From Lama glama (taxonomy: Eukaryota): 64,000 bases of DNA. Under the pieces are notes generated by a model. The model saw nothing but the letters and a program-made list of their open reading frames with translations. It did not search any database and was not told where the DNA came from. This document shows, piece after piece, positions 23,376 to 36,328 of this stretch; position 1 is the first letter of the stretch, and the number at the start of each line of letters is the position of its first letter. The stretch is taken from the NCBI GenBank assembly GCA_028534125.1, contig JAPYYK010000086.1:1426001-1490000 (forward strand). The letters run 5' to 3'. The translations under genes were made by a program, and so were the position numbers.

Positions 23376-24704
23376 AATATAATTTACAGAGCAGGACTCC
23401 CCAGGGAGGGGTGAAGTCTCAGGCAGTCACCAGTGTAGGAAGAAAACCCCGCAAGGAAACCCCACACCTCGTGGTTACTCTGTCACCAGCAGAGCATCTG
23501 TAGGAGCTGGGCAGGAATGGGTTTGTCCGGTTGGAGACAAGCCTTCAAGTCCTGGAGAAGGCAGGGCCAGGGCTGAGGTCCTCGTGTGCCAGAGGCAGGG
23601 TGAAAAGAGGAAATTCAGACTCCAGGGAAGAATCTCCATCAGCTCCTGGAAGCACAAGCATTCAGTACCACTCAGCAGTCACATTTTTCAAATTCTTGCA
23701 CATAGTCTGAGAACATAATTCATTCTGCGGCAGATAAGCAGGCACCCAGAGTGGGTGTCATGGGGTGTGTTGGTCAGGGTTGAGTTGTATGAGGCAGTCA
23801 GATAGAAAAGCTCACTCTCCGGATTCTCACAAGGCCCAGCATGGGGGTTTCTAGAAGGTGGACCACCGCAGGGCGGAGATGCTTTCCTCTGGGGAAGGGT
23901 CTGAGTCTCGTAGCTGTCCCAGGAGTGCTGGGGCCTGCCCTCCCCGTACCATCCCTGCTCCTGTCAGGCCCCACCCTGGATCAGAGCTGCTTCTGCTTCT
24001 TGCTTCTGTCCCTTTGTGTAGCCGAGATGCCCGGAAAGGGCTCCTCCCATCACAATGGCCTCATGTCCTTGGAGGTACAGGCTGCCTAGCTCTGGGTTCC
24101 AGGGTTCAAAGCCTGTCTTTCACCCCCTCCAACCCTCGAGCTCGGGGAAGATGGCTTTTCAGTAAGGTGCTCATTCACTCACCTTCCCCGGTGTGTGTCT
24201 GGTGTGTGGGGAGGGCCGGCATCTCCCATTCTTCCTCCCGGACCCCTTCCTGCTCAGGGTGACTGGGGCCGTGACCTCTTCCTCCTAAAGAAAGGAGTCC
24301 ACCCCCAGCTCTTGCACACTTGCGGCCTGTTTTCTGCTGGTCCCTAACCTCAGGCCGCCTCTGGTTTCAGAACCTGGGCGGGCTTGTCATAAATCACACT
24401 CTATTCCTTTGCAAGGACTTGGCTGGGTGTGGTGGGTGCGTGGCTGCCAGGCCAATCAAGGGATATTTTCTTACTTTTAAGAGTGACCCGAAAGGGCGGT
24501 TTCCTTATTATTTTAAACTAAAACCTCAGTTCCTTAATCCCCGTTTAGCTCAAGCAGCCTGAGGGGGGTAAAGCTTGTCCACTTGACAGCTATCTGAGAG
24601 CAAGAGTAAAACTCGGGCCATCCTGTCACCCATCCACCCCTGAGCGTGGTCAGAAGGGACTGGTTTGGGATGTTCTGTGGAGCCTTGGCATTCCTCGGAG
24701 GAGC

Positions 24705-24707
<3 letters not shown>

Positions 24708-24748
<41 letters not shown>
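24708..24748 (+). repeat. (TG)20 microsatellite
   Basis: Seen directly. Confidence 0.98.
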
Positions 24749-24750
<2 letters not shown>

Positions 24751-26429
24751 GGGTGCTGAAGTTCTGGTCCTCCAAGCTGTTGTCATTTTCTCTTCTCATC
24801 GTGTACAAGATACGGCCACTTCCCTTCAGGAGACCAGACCTCTTCCTTCCAGTGTATCTCTGTTGAGCTTCTTGATCAGGAGACTTGAAGCACCACTCCT
24901 GCCTCCCCTCGCTGCTGCACCACCTCCATGGCCTGAGCCTCCCCTGGACGTCTACACTAAGGTGTACCCCGAGTTCCTCGCCCTTGGTCAGCAGTCAGGA
25001 GGGGCTGGCCACTGTGAGCGTTACTGTGACTTATCACCCTGGGGCTCCAGGACCACCCGTGAAGGATGCACCCTGTGATGGTGCCCATCCTGTGGAGGAG
25101 GAAATTTGGGTTTGAGAGACATTGTCTCTTTCTGAGGTGACACTGGCTAGAGTAGTGAGTGGTGTCGCTGAGGCCCGGTCTCTCTGACTCTGGAGACGGT
25201 TCTCACCATGTAGCTGCTCGGGCAGGTGATGACTGCCCTGTGGGGTTTTCACAGGATGGATATGTACGTGATGGTGGGACAGAAACACAGCCAACTCACT
25301 CAGTGGGCACCACGTCAAGAGCTTTGTGTCCACCTCGGCATCCTTCCACATGGGTTCAGAGATGCTGAGTTACTTGCCTGGGGTCACAGAGCCAGTGGGT
25401 AAGAGACCCGAGTCTTGAACCCAGGAGGTCCTACTGGAAAGCCTGCACTACTAACCCCTCCATTAAGAGGCATTTTCCTTCCTTTGAGGCACCAGTGGTA
25501 TCTCTCGTCTTGACTGTTAACCAAGAGGCATGACAGAGTTCACCTCTCTTTCCAGCATGATGGCCGGGAACCTCGGAGCCAAGTCCAAGACTACCCTGAA
25601 TCACTTCTCGTGACTTCCAGTCCCCAACCGTGTTTGATTCCAGTTTTCTGTACTTACTCCTGTCTCGCTATACTCCGCTGTCCACTTGGTTATTTTATTG
25701 ATCACATTTTGTTTATACAGTGGCTTCAAATCCTTGAGGGGCTGAGGACAGTTACAAATAATGCTAAATAAATACACGGCCTGTTGCAGAAGCATATATA
25801 GAAGCATGTAATCCTCAGGCCGTTGCCCTACTCTCATTTCCTGCGAGGTCTCCTTGCCTTGACCCTATCAGTCGACATCCGTTGGGTTTCCTGGCTACAC
25901 GTTGAGCAGTGATCGGCGTGTCTGTTGCACGGTTACAGACGACAGATGGTTGGCTGTAGCTGTGTATTTATTGACTTACTTCCTTTAAGTGCATTCGCTT
26001 TCTTGAATGACCGGACTGTCCACGGATGCTTTTTAAGTTGCCTCCATCCCATGAGAAGACAAATGGGGCAGGAACTGAAGTTAATTGCCCCAAGCAGCCG
26101 CTTTCTCACACAGTCTCCCCGTGACCCCGTGGGGTGAGCTGTTGCATGACTTCTTTTCGTGGAGAATGCCATCACTGCGATGAGGTGGCCGTAGGTCCGT
26201 CTTAGTCCCACACTCGTCTCCTTTCGTCTGTCTGCGGACCCATCGGCTCTCAAAGCAGTGAACCATTGGAACTTGGTTTCTCATACTTGAACAATTTTCC
26301 AGAATTAATCTGTGTTAGGGGTTTATTTCTGCTGTGGCCGCTGAATATAAGCAGAATCTGAGCGGGGTCTGAGGGAGCTGGGGAATCAAGTTCGGAGGAG
26401 CCGTAAAGGGTCGAGTTGTATTTGTTCTT

Positions 26430-26720
26430 TCATCAGATAACGATAGGGCACCTTCTGTGTGCTGAGCCTCATCAGAGGGCTCCAGAGATGGCTGTGAACC
26501 ACACAGGGGAGGCACCTGCCCTCTGAGAGCTTGCACTGTGGCTAAGACAGAGAGTAAGTAGGTGAACAGCAAATAGAAGGGTTGTTTCAGAGGCCAGTTG
26601 CTATGAAGAATAAAACAGAATGTGACTGAGGAGGTGACATGAGTGGTGTAAGTGAAGAATGAGGGTACCCTAGCCATGGGAAGAGCCAGGAAAAGCAAGG
26701 AAGAACAGGGCGGTGGCCCT
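26430..26720 (-). mobile_element. L2 LINE fragment
   Basis: cacctgccctctgagagcttgcactgtgg...gttgctatgaagaataaaacagaa. Confidence 0.6.
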
Positions 26721-28455
26721 GAGTGTCTGCCAGCACCGTTTGCCAGCACTCTGCTAAGTCAGTGGATAAAAGGCTACTTTAGCAGAAGTCTCTAGGGTGA
26801 TTATTGAACAACTGTGTCTTTTCCTTACAAAGCTGCCAGTTCATGGGGGTGTCAAGGTCCAGGCCCCTTTTTGCTCATCATTGTTTCTCCTATGATGGGC
26901 ATAGTGACCAAGTCTTGACAGAGGCACGGTAAATAGTGGATGGATAGATGGACGAAATAGAATCTAAAAGAAAATAAAAGGCAGTGAAGGGCAATGGAGC
27001 ACCCTAAAGACTTGAGCTTGTTCCAGAGTGGGTGTCTTGGAGAACAGCGACACACAGAGTGATAAGTCCAAGCCGTCGTCAGGTGGGGACTTGTCACTGG
27101 TACTTGGGAGTGGTTGGAGGGGAAAAGATAGAACCAGGGAGCACGCGCAGGAAGGATGGATCCTGTGTTGTATGTAAGAAACACCCAGAGGTAAAGAAGA
27201 GCAGGGAGAGGGAGAAGGAAGGGCACAATCAAGAAGTGCTTTGTGGGCAAATGAGGCAGACACCTGTGAGTGTAGCATGCAGGCTAGTGGCTGGAAGGAG
27301 GGCCCCAGTGATGGAGGTGCACGTGGGCAGATGGAAACATGGCGGCTCTCTGGGGTGGGGGGCCTGCTACATCAGGCGCTAGGTGTGGGGAGAGGTTACA
27401 GATGGAGGAGTTAAGGGGCTTGAGGAGGCTGGTAAGATTTTGTGTTTTTTTCTGGGATTACAAGCCTAGGGTTACCTTCTGTAGGGAAATGCCATCTTTC
27501 CAAATGGGGGAGGATATGAAATTGGCAGAAAGATCCAACTGGGAGAAGCAAATATATTGTTTGGAGCTTTGTTTTCTTCCTCTGGAAATTGACCGTATTG
27601 TATTTTTATGTAAATAACTCACAACAGCGTGGTGTTTGCAAAGGGGTGAAAAGAGAATGCTCATAAATGAAGTTAAGACACCATATTGTGTTTTTACATC
27701 AACAATGTATACTATTGCTTGCAGTGGGTCCAAAAACAAAAAATGTGTATCCAAGAGGCGAGTTACCTGTTCATTGTGAGCTGCTTCATCTAACCACCCT
27801 TTACCTGTCCTATAAGACGCGATTTGAAAATCATCTTTTTTCATGAAGATTTTGGGATCACTCCAGCCCCGTGTCATCCTTGCCAGCTCTGAGCTTCTAT
27901 AATATAATTGTCTGTGTAGCTTCTGGAGCACGTTTTACTTATACACTTCAGCCTTACTTCTGCGCGTGCCACCGTAACCCGGTGCGGAGCCCTACAGGGG
28001 CAGGGAGCGCGTCCTACACATCTGTACGTGTCCACAAGGCTGTGCAAGGGGGAGGGCTCACAGAAGTCCTTAAACACATGAGTGGCCGTGGCACAATCAC
28101 CAGAAATACATTCTGTTTCCATTGTGGGTGGGGTTGGTTTGTATGTGTGCAGACGGTCGTGCTTAATTGGCTAAAGGTTGCCTGCCGTGCCTTAGCGTGC
28201 TTCCCAAGCCCAGGTGACTCCAGCTGCTCCAACTGAGACATCCCACAGCAGTGGCTTTAAAGGCTCCATGTAGGAAAACTCAGGCTGTAGACTCCAGAGA
28301 ACAATAGTGCGTGGAACGGTGTTCACCCTTGGTCCGAGCTTAGACCGCTGGTGAGGATTTGTGGCTGGCTCTGCTCTTTGTGAGGTTTCGGTGTCCCAAG
28401 TGGGGTGCAATAACTGGTCTGTCAGTGTTGACTGTCTCTGGGTTCTCGTTGGCAG

Positions 28456-28636
28456 CACTCCTTCTTCTGCCGGTTGACAGAAGATAAGAAGTCAGAGAAA
28501 TTCTTCAAGGTCTTCTACGACCGAATGAAGGTGGCCCAGCAAGAAATCAAGGCGACGGTGACGGTGAACACAAGTGACTTGGGAAATAAAAAGAAAGATG
28601 ATGAGGTGGACAGGGACGCTCCATCCCGGAAGAAAG
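28456..28636 (+). CDS. ITPR1: ITPR1 exon (window exon 2): [60 protein letters not shown]
   Basis: Acceptor ggcag at 28455, donor AAG|gtaaat. 181 nt. Encodes DEVD (28600-28611), the type-1-specific caspase-3 site. Confidence 0.98.
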
Positions 28637-29387
28637 GTAAATCCCCCGTCCCGCATGCAGCCCTTCATCCAGCTGGGCTGTGAACATGCGCGGGATCCCT
28701 GGTTGTCCTTCAGTTTCCACGTGACTTCTCGACTTCACACTGTTCTGATTGGGGCTTTCGGCAGAAGACGCCCCGTCTGATGCAAGTCCTCCTCTGTGCC
28801 CTGAGCCGAATGCCTGCTGCTTGGGAGGCTCCTCATGTTTCATAAATGAATATGCATTCTTCTTGGTCCAGCTCAGGGTGTTATTGACAGGAAATCCATC
28901 AATAATCTTTTCCTGTATAATTTTCCATTTAGTGTTAGAGAAACTTGAAGACAAGCCCTTGAAAACTGGATGTTGTTTTTTTTTTCTCACCTAATTCTCC
29001 CATATTTTCTAAAATATTTGAGAGTTCATAAAGCTTTTTTCCCATTATCTCCCTCAAAGGGAAGTCATCATGGGGAGCAGGTAGACTCAAAAGTGTTGGA
29101 GTCCAATGGCCGTGAGCAGGTTTGACCTTGGTTTTTTAAGTTTAGAGCTGGGCTTCTCAGCCACAGCACACCTGACATCTGAAGAGGGCCGTGCTGTCAG
29201 GGCTGTCCTGTGCATTGCAGGCTCTTCAGCGGCATGTGTGGGCTCCACCCAGCTGGTGCCAGCAGCCCGCCCCCTACTTAAAATAAACCAGATGTTGCCT
29301 GTCATCCCCTGGGTAGAGATGGGGTCAAAATCATCACTCGTTTATAACCACTGGTCTAGAATGGGAATAAAGAGAAGTAAAAGAAGA

Positions 29388-29630
29388 ACAGCTGGCATTT
29401 ACTGAGTTCCTTCTCTGAACCAGGCACTGTCCAAAGTCCTTTACATGTGCTGCTTCATTTAGAACAAGTCATCCCTGCAAAATAGATGAAACTGTTATGC
29501 CCATTTTATAGATGAGGAAACTGAGGCACAGGGGTGGTAGTGAACTTGTTTAGGGTGTGCAGCTAGTAGGCACTAGAGCCAGGGTTTGAAACCAGGAGGT
29601 CTGGCTACAGAGTCTCATGCTCCTGCCCCT
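29388..29630 (-). mobile_element. MIR SINE, near full length (further MIR pieces follow to ~29860)
   Basis: cccattttatagatgaggaaactgaggcacag...agagccagggtttgaaaccagg. Confidence 0.9.
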
Positions 29631-30131
29631 CATGCCCAGTTACCTTACAGAGTTACTCCAAGGATTCGGTAAGATGATACACAGAAAGTGCTTAATCACG
29701 GTGCCTTGGCACTTAGAAAAGGGATCCATCAATTGTCGCTACAGTAACAATTACAATTCGCTTGGCATTATGTTGACCCTCTCGGGAACATTCTGGAGGT
29801 GGACGTCACTGATGCTCTCCCCATTTTAGAGATAAGGAGGCTGAGGCCCAGAGTCATAGATCTGTGAGGTTGACACAATCTGCACTCCTTTTCCTCTAAA
29901 CCACAGGGCAAGCATAGGTGAAATGTTAAGAGCCACGAGCGTGTTTTGGCAGGGCTGGACCCAGTTTTAATCCTGAGGACGGAGGGAAGATGGTGACTTC
30001 TTTGAGTATTTTGCTAACTTGGAGAGGCTGTCTGGTGAATACCAGAACTTAGGTTCTGAACGTCATCTTGGTGTGCTGACTAAGGCTCCTGGGGGTGCAG
30101 CAGCGTTGACCATCCTATGTTTGCATTCCAG

Positions 30132-30385
30132 CCAAAGAGCCTGCGACACAAATAACAGAAGAGGTCCGGGATCAGCTCCTGGAGGCCTCTGCTGCCACCA
30201 GGAAAGCCTTCACCACCTTCAGGAGGGAGGCCGACCCCGACGACCACTACCAGTCCGGGGAGGGCGCCCAGGCTACAGCAGACAAGACCAAGGACGACCT
30301 GGAGATGAGTGCAGTCATCACCATCATGCAGCCCATCCTCCGCTTCCTGCAGCTCCTATGCGAGAACCACAACCGGGACCTACAG
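30132..30385 (+). CDS. ITPR1: ITPR1 exon (window exon 3): [20 protein letters not shown]...[27 protein letters not shown]
   Basis: Acceptor ttccag, donor CAG|gtgagg. 254 nt, phase 1 to 0, in frame with neighbours. Contains the RIH-associated domain start ([12 protein letters not shown]). Confidence 0.98.
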
Positions 30386-33300
30386 GTGAGGGCCGAGGGG
30401 CTGGCAGGGCCGCAGCTCCTCCCAGCTGCCACCACTTCCTCTGACGTCTCAGCTCCATACCCTTCAGCTGGTTTCTCTGAGTTGAGGACCCAGGATGATT
30501 CTCGTTATCTGGGCAACAGAAGTGTTTCTGTGTCTGTCTTCCCCATCATCTCCATGGGAACTGGGGCCAAGACTGTGTCTCTTGCTCACTAGTGTAGGTA
30601 CCACCTGCTCCATATATATTTGTTCTGTGTGTGTGTGTGCGCGCACATGCGCACTCTTGCATGTGTGTATGTGGTAGCCTGCCACTGCTGGACATACAGA
30701 TGCACAGGTAAAACTTGGATGGATGGGTGGATGATGAAATATACTAGACCTACAAAATCTGGTAGTTCATAGAAACTCAGAAAATTCTAATCAAGCATTT
30801 GTTGACTGAATGAAGTGACTTTCTCATGTTACACAAATAAATATTCAAAGATACTTAGCTGGTTATTCCAGAAATTCTTTTTTTGCTTTTTTGTTGTTGG
30901 ATGATGACAGTGGCCAAGGTTTACTGAGCACCTAGAATATCCTGGATGCTGAGTGTTGCCTGTATGATTACACTTGTCATGGATGAAGAAACCGAGATGC
31001 ACAGGACCAGGAAGGGAATGTAGAGCTGGGCCTGGAACCCAGGCGTTCTGATGGTAGAGTTTGTGCTGGCTCCAGAGATACCATTGGTTCTGAGTGGGCA
31101 TAGATCTGCGGGGCCGTCCCTGCCCAGGAGAGGCGCGCTAGGGCACCGGGTCCTTGGCCATGACCTGGTTTTGCTGCTGACTGATGAAGAAAACACCCCT
31201 CTCTGCTTAAAAGGGATGAGGATGAACAAGAAAAGTGTGTCTAAACTCCTCTAAGGTAGAATGTTCTCTCCTAAAATAAGTTGGTGATGGTCGTTTTGCT
31301 TATTTGAATAATGACAGTTTGAAAAGAAAATAATTCTAGTCCAAACATAGCAAGGGGAAGGTGCAGCCTTGAAGTATTTGCACTGCTGACTTTATGCACC
31401 AGGTGATCTGATGGCCTTTCACATGTAGCTGTGGCCAGACCATTCAGTGCCGCCACCATACGTCACTCGCACTGAAAACCTACCACAGAATCTCTGGATA
31501 AGTTGAGTAAGAAATTATGTTGTTTAAACAGGAAGACAGAACAATGAACCAGAAGTGGGTGAATTCTGCAGTATGATACCTTCTGTGCTGATTTTTATTT
31601 TCAGTCAAATTGGTCTAAGAGCCTGGACTTTGAAAAAGCTTCCAGATCCAAGGTCTTCCACTAGCTAAATCTGGCCCACCCTTCAAAATGAAGAGGTGTC
31701 TGTGAGCCCCTCTCCTGGCCAGGCTGGGGCCCGGGCTCTTTCTCCGCTTTGCCGCCCGCTCCCTTCCTCCGTTGACGTTCCTGGCTTGATCCCTGTGCAC
31801 GCTGCAGTGTGCAGTCTTGGCTGTCAGGCTTTTCTTGCCTGTTGCTCAAACATTCCTACCTGGGACGTGGAGCACATTGGCCTGGACTGTCCAGCTCCAT
31901 CAGGTAGAACGGAGCCCTCACAACCCAGAGGTCCGGGATTTGGTGACTATCTCATTGGCTGCTATTTCTCTGTCTGATGGCTGACTGTGTCCCTTCCACT
32001 TTTTCTGTCTATACCATTAATCACCAAGGAGACAGACCAAGGGAGTGTGACAACGTGGGAAGCCAGGCTGTCCCACCAGCAGGAAAACAAAGGCTGCAGC
32101 TCGATTGTGGCATCTTTGTGGGTGGGGCCCCCACCCTGCTGCAGAGGCGGTTTCTAGGCTGACTTTAGAGGTCAGTGGCCTGTATTGGTCCCCTGTGCTG
32201 ATGTCACTGGTCTCTACCAACCTGGGGCTCCAAAGGAGAAGAGGATTGAGATGATGCCTGTGTATGTTCATGTCATCATCTCGGTGAGCACCTGCTCTGT
32301 GCCCGGCACTGGGGCTGATGGAGACTCTACCTCTCCCCTCACAGAGCTGAGCGTCTAGGTAGGAGCCACCTGGCAAGTGGGTGACGGCAGTGCAGCGGGT
32401 CAGTGCTGCAGCGGTGGCATCTTCGGGCTCTTTTGGGTTCCAAGCAGGAGAACCCACACAACGTGCCAGATCCAGGAAGGCTTCTCAGAGAGGCTGATGG
32501 CTGCTGAGTTCTGAACTAACAAAACTCAAGGCTACCTTGAGTAGAGTCCATCCGTGAATGTCAGAGGGGTGGTCCTGATGGGCTTGTTTCCTGAGCCTGT
32601 TTCTGGGGTCACAGACCTGTTCTGCCTTCCGTCAGCCCCCTTGACCTCCCTCCTTCACTGTGCACCCAGTGTCCGCTGTGCAAGCAGAGTGTACGAGTTC
32701 ACCACTTATTGGAAGTCTTCACCATCTTTTCCTGGTACCTTAGCTCTTTGCAGAACTCTGCTTTGAATTAATTCCCTAAGAACCCTGTGGGCAGACGCAC
32801 CTTTTAATGGATCCTTCTAAAACTCTATTCTCCAATACACCACTCTGTGGAAAACCATGGTATTGGGGGAAGAGGGCGTGTACCGTATATTGTAACAGAT
32901 TTTTTTTAAAAACTTGGCAGCTTAACCTTTGAAGGTACCATAAAGCCAGTGGCTTTAAACTTTTTTGTTTGGAGCTGCAGAATCGTTTGAACATCTGGGG
33001 CAGAAGTGTACTACATAAAGCAGACGAGGGTTGCTTTGTTCAGAGTAGAAACTACTGAGTAGAACTTTCCTTTCCTCCCTCACCTGCAAGAACCCTGGGA
33101 GGTGGGGCATTCCAGGGGTCCTCCAGGGTTGTGCAGGGTCTCCCAGTTGGAAAACCAGTGATCTGGACAGCGGTTCACAACAGTGAAGGTCGCTTGCATC
33201 TTTAAAGATACCCACTAAATCAGACACACTGAAGTAGTAATAAAATTGCTCTGAGAAGATGATGTTGGTAGGAATCTGGATCTCAAGATGCTGGTTTTAA

Positions 33301-34495
33301 GTGAGACTCAACTACTATGAACTCTGCGTGGTTGGCAGTTTTGTGGAACAGATGGTGGATCTCTGGGTCAGGGTTTCCTTGCAGATCTGAGGGAGAAGAC
33401 TTTCTCACCAGGAGAGAATTATCGGCTCCCTGGAATAAGGAAGTGTGTGGATAAGGTCAGAGAGAGCAGGAATTCAGCCTTTTGAAGTTGCCCAAAGTTT
33501 CTTGTCATATTTACAACCTTAGCTTTCCTGTTGGTGAGTGCTCAGTAGAGATAAAGCACCACGTTTGATTTGGCCCCACAGGCAGTTGTTACCTTTAGTG
33601 AGCTTTGTTCGCAGCAGTGAGAAATGTGATGGGAAGGACTGTTCTTGAACCATTTTCCATGTGCTTTTGAACCATCACCTGGGAGGCTGTCTTGCCTTTC
33701 ACCTTGGTTAAGGAATGCGGGTCCTGATCTCTCTCCACTGAAGTCTGTATGAGTGCAGACTTGAAGTCTTTGATTTCCTTAATCGGCTCATCTTGACTTG
33801 ATCACCAGGCCTCCAAGGAAGACCACAGGAAGAACTGGATTTCTCTAGCCTGGACAAGCTGGGCTGGGCGGTGTGTGCTCAGGGTGAACTCTATGCCTTG
33901 AGCACAGAAGGAGTTCCTTTGGCCCTTTAGCCAGTGGCGTGCCTCTGTTTGTCGTGGACAAAAGAAAATGGATCTTACTCAGGAAGGAGAGATTCTAGCT
34001 AGATACTCTGCAAAACCTGTGAGAAATGGGAGAGACTTTCACGACACGGCAGCCACGATCCTTCCTGGGGCGTTTGAAACATATCAGCCTTGATGGCTTC
34101 CCAAGTCCCCCTTCCTCCATTCGTTTGGTTTAGTTCAGACATTTCAGCCAGTGTGTATGAAGCACCTGGCCTGAGCCAGTCCCCGTGCTGGCTGCCGGTC
34201 ACCTGTGCTGTCAGCACGGCAATGGGCAGAGTAGGCAGACATCCCTAAGTGCAGCACTAAGGGTGAGGCGGGCTGCGAGAGGGGGTGTGGTGCTCCCATC
34301 TCACTGGAATCAGGATGGAGGAGCAGGGAGGGCTTCCTGAAAGAAGTGACTGAGACCCCATCCTGAAGGAAGAGTAAGTAATCAGGGTGGAGACAGGGAG
34401 AGAGTGACAGGCAGAAGGAGTAGTGGGGCGGAAGCCCTTGAGATGAGAGAATGAAAGGTGCTTAAAGAGCAGGGAGAAGTTTGTTCCTCCCAGAC

Positions 34496-34620
34496 AGAGA
34501 GGGGCATGATGGGAGAGATGACGTCACTGAGTAGAGAGAGGCATGATGGGAGCGATGATGTCACTGAGCAGAGGGGGGCATGATGGGAGAGATGACGTCA
34601 CTGGGCAGAGAGGACATGGT
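34496..34620 (+). repeat. 37-bp minisatellite, about 3.4 copies (AGAGAGGGGCATGATGGGAGAGATGACGTCACTGAGY)
   Basis: CATGATGGGA recurs at 34505, 34542 and 34579 (period 37), with a degenerate fourth start at 34615. Confidence 0.92.
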
Positions 34621-35129
34621 GAGAATGGTGACACAGGAGTTGGAGAGGCAAATGGAGAGAGCCATGCTTCGAATTTGAGCTTTGGACAGCCAGGCCCTCT
34701 CCTGCCTCTTCCTGAGTACTCCTCCACCCCGCGGCTGCAAGGTGAGGGGCTCCACCAGGTCCCCGGTCAGGTAGCATCTTTGCTGAGCGGCTGGAGCCGG
34801 AAATGCTGTGGAACTCTCCTCTGGCTTCCTGTGGCCCTTAGAAAAGTGGTCACCTTAGGAAAGCACACTTGGTCCCAAATCACCTGTCCCCCTACCTCCC
34901 ACCCAGACCTGAATGATTGTTCAGTTTTTAGACTAGTTCGGAAGGCTTGACCATAAGGGACTGAGGTTAACTTGGGGTGGGAGTAGTGCTGGGGGATGGT
35001 TAGTTGGATGTTGAGTCAAGCATTAAATTGGATTACCAGCTCTTAATGTGTGCATTTATAAAGGTTTTAATTATCCAAGGAATGCATGGATATACTGTTT
35101 TTCTGTGAAGGTTTAAATGAAAATAAGTA

Positions 35130-35600
35130 TTTAGTATAGAAAACTGTCTCTCTCCCCATCCCTACTTCTCACCCAGAGAAAACTGTCATTGGTTTGGACA
35201 GTACCCTTCCTGTCCTTGTTCCATATATTTGGATGGAAGCATTGGATACATACTGACCTACTATTTGCCTTTTTGATTTTTTAACTTAACAGTATATCCC
35301 AGAGATCTTTCCACATTGGCACATTTGGACCTGCTTCAGTGTTTCCAATTTGTAATATTAACCAATGTTGGTACACTGTAATTTGTTTACTCCCCAGCCG
35401 ATGGGCACTTAGGTTGTCTTCAGTTCTTCACTCTCAGGCACAGTGTGGTAGTGAACATCTAACACACAGCTTGTGAGTAAAAGTCACTGTTTCATAGAAG
35501 TGGAATTACCAGGTCAAAAGTTACACTGTTTTATCTTCTGATTACCTCTTTTTTATAGTACCAATTTTCTGTAGTAAACATGTGTAACTTTTATGACTAT
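35130..35600 (-). mobile_element. Old L1M (L1ME-like) 3' region
   Basis: gatgggcacttaggttgtcttcagttc...tagaagtggaattaccaggtcaaaag. Confidence 0.7.
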
Positions 35601-36328
35601 ACACAGAAGAGTATTTGTAGTTTATTTTTGCTTTTTTAAGGAGTCTGTGACCAAATATCTCGTCTTCATCACAACAGACTCTGCGTTATGAGGTGGTTGA
35701 ATGTGACTTGCTTTATTTTATTGAGGAAGTTCCTGCTCTTTGGTCTCTTGTTAACATTACAAAATCACCCAAGTACCTCCTTGGGCACACAGACAAGCAT
35801 ACATACGCTTACCCACATTTATTTCTTCCTTTAATAATGGAAATGGCCTCACAAGATAATCCAGGTTCCTGCCATGGCAGTAGGCTCAGGCCAGCCTGCA
35901 GCCCTTTATTTTGTGATGAACCATCCTCAGTACGAGGACCTGAGGATCTGGGTGTTCAGCGGCCAGACCGCACCATCGTCTCTTAAATGTAACCACTGCC
36001 CTGGGAAATGTCAACAGACCCTGAACTTAACATGTGGTAGATGCAGAGGTGGTCTGGAGTGGGAAAGAGTGAAATGAGAATTTTAAAAGTTTATGGGAGT
36101 CTAATGTGGGTTGTCAAAGAGGAGCTCTCCTCCACTGCATCCCAGATAAAAGCACCTTGGAGAACAAGCCGCAGCGTTGGTGGCCATTGCTGTAGACCGC
36201 GTCCCCGGGTGACCATCGTGGGGGCTGACCCTTCTGTTCAGCGATGCATTGTCTAAATGGCAGAATAAATGACCTTTTCCCCCTTCTCCCGCCTCTGCTC
36301 CCCGACCCTGGGACCTGCCCAACTGCAG

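Noticed and set aside
27590-27830. Possible Tc2/Kanga-like DNA transposon remnant (ccgtatt..., ctataagacgc)
   Set aside because: Only short motif similarity. Boundaries and family cannot be established by eye.
29388-29860. Oppositely oriented MIR fragments as a dsRNA or editing substrate
   Set aside because: The copies are too diverged for extended pairing to be visible.
34496-34620. CRISPR-like 37-bp repeat
   Set aside because: Head-to-tail copies with no spacers, in mammalian DNA with no cas genes. It is a minisatellite.
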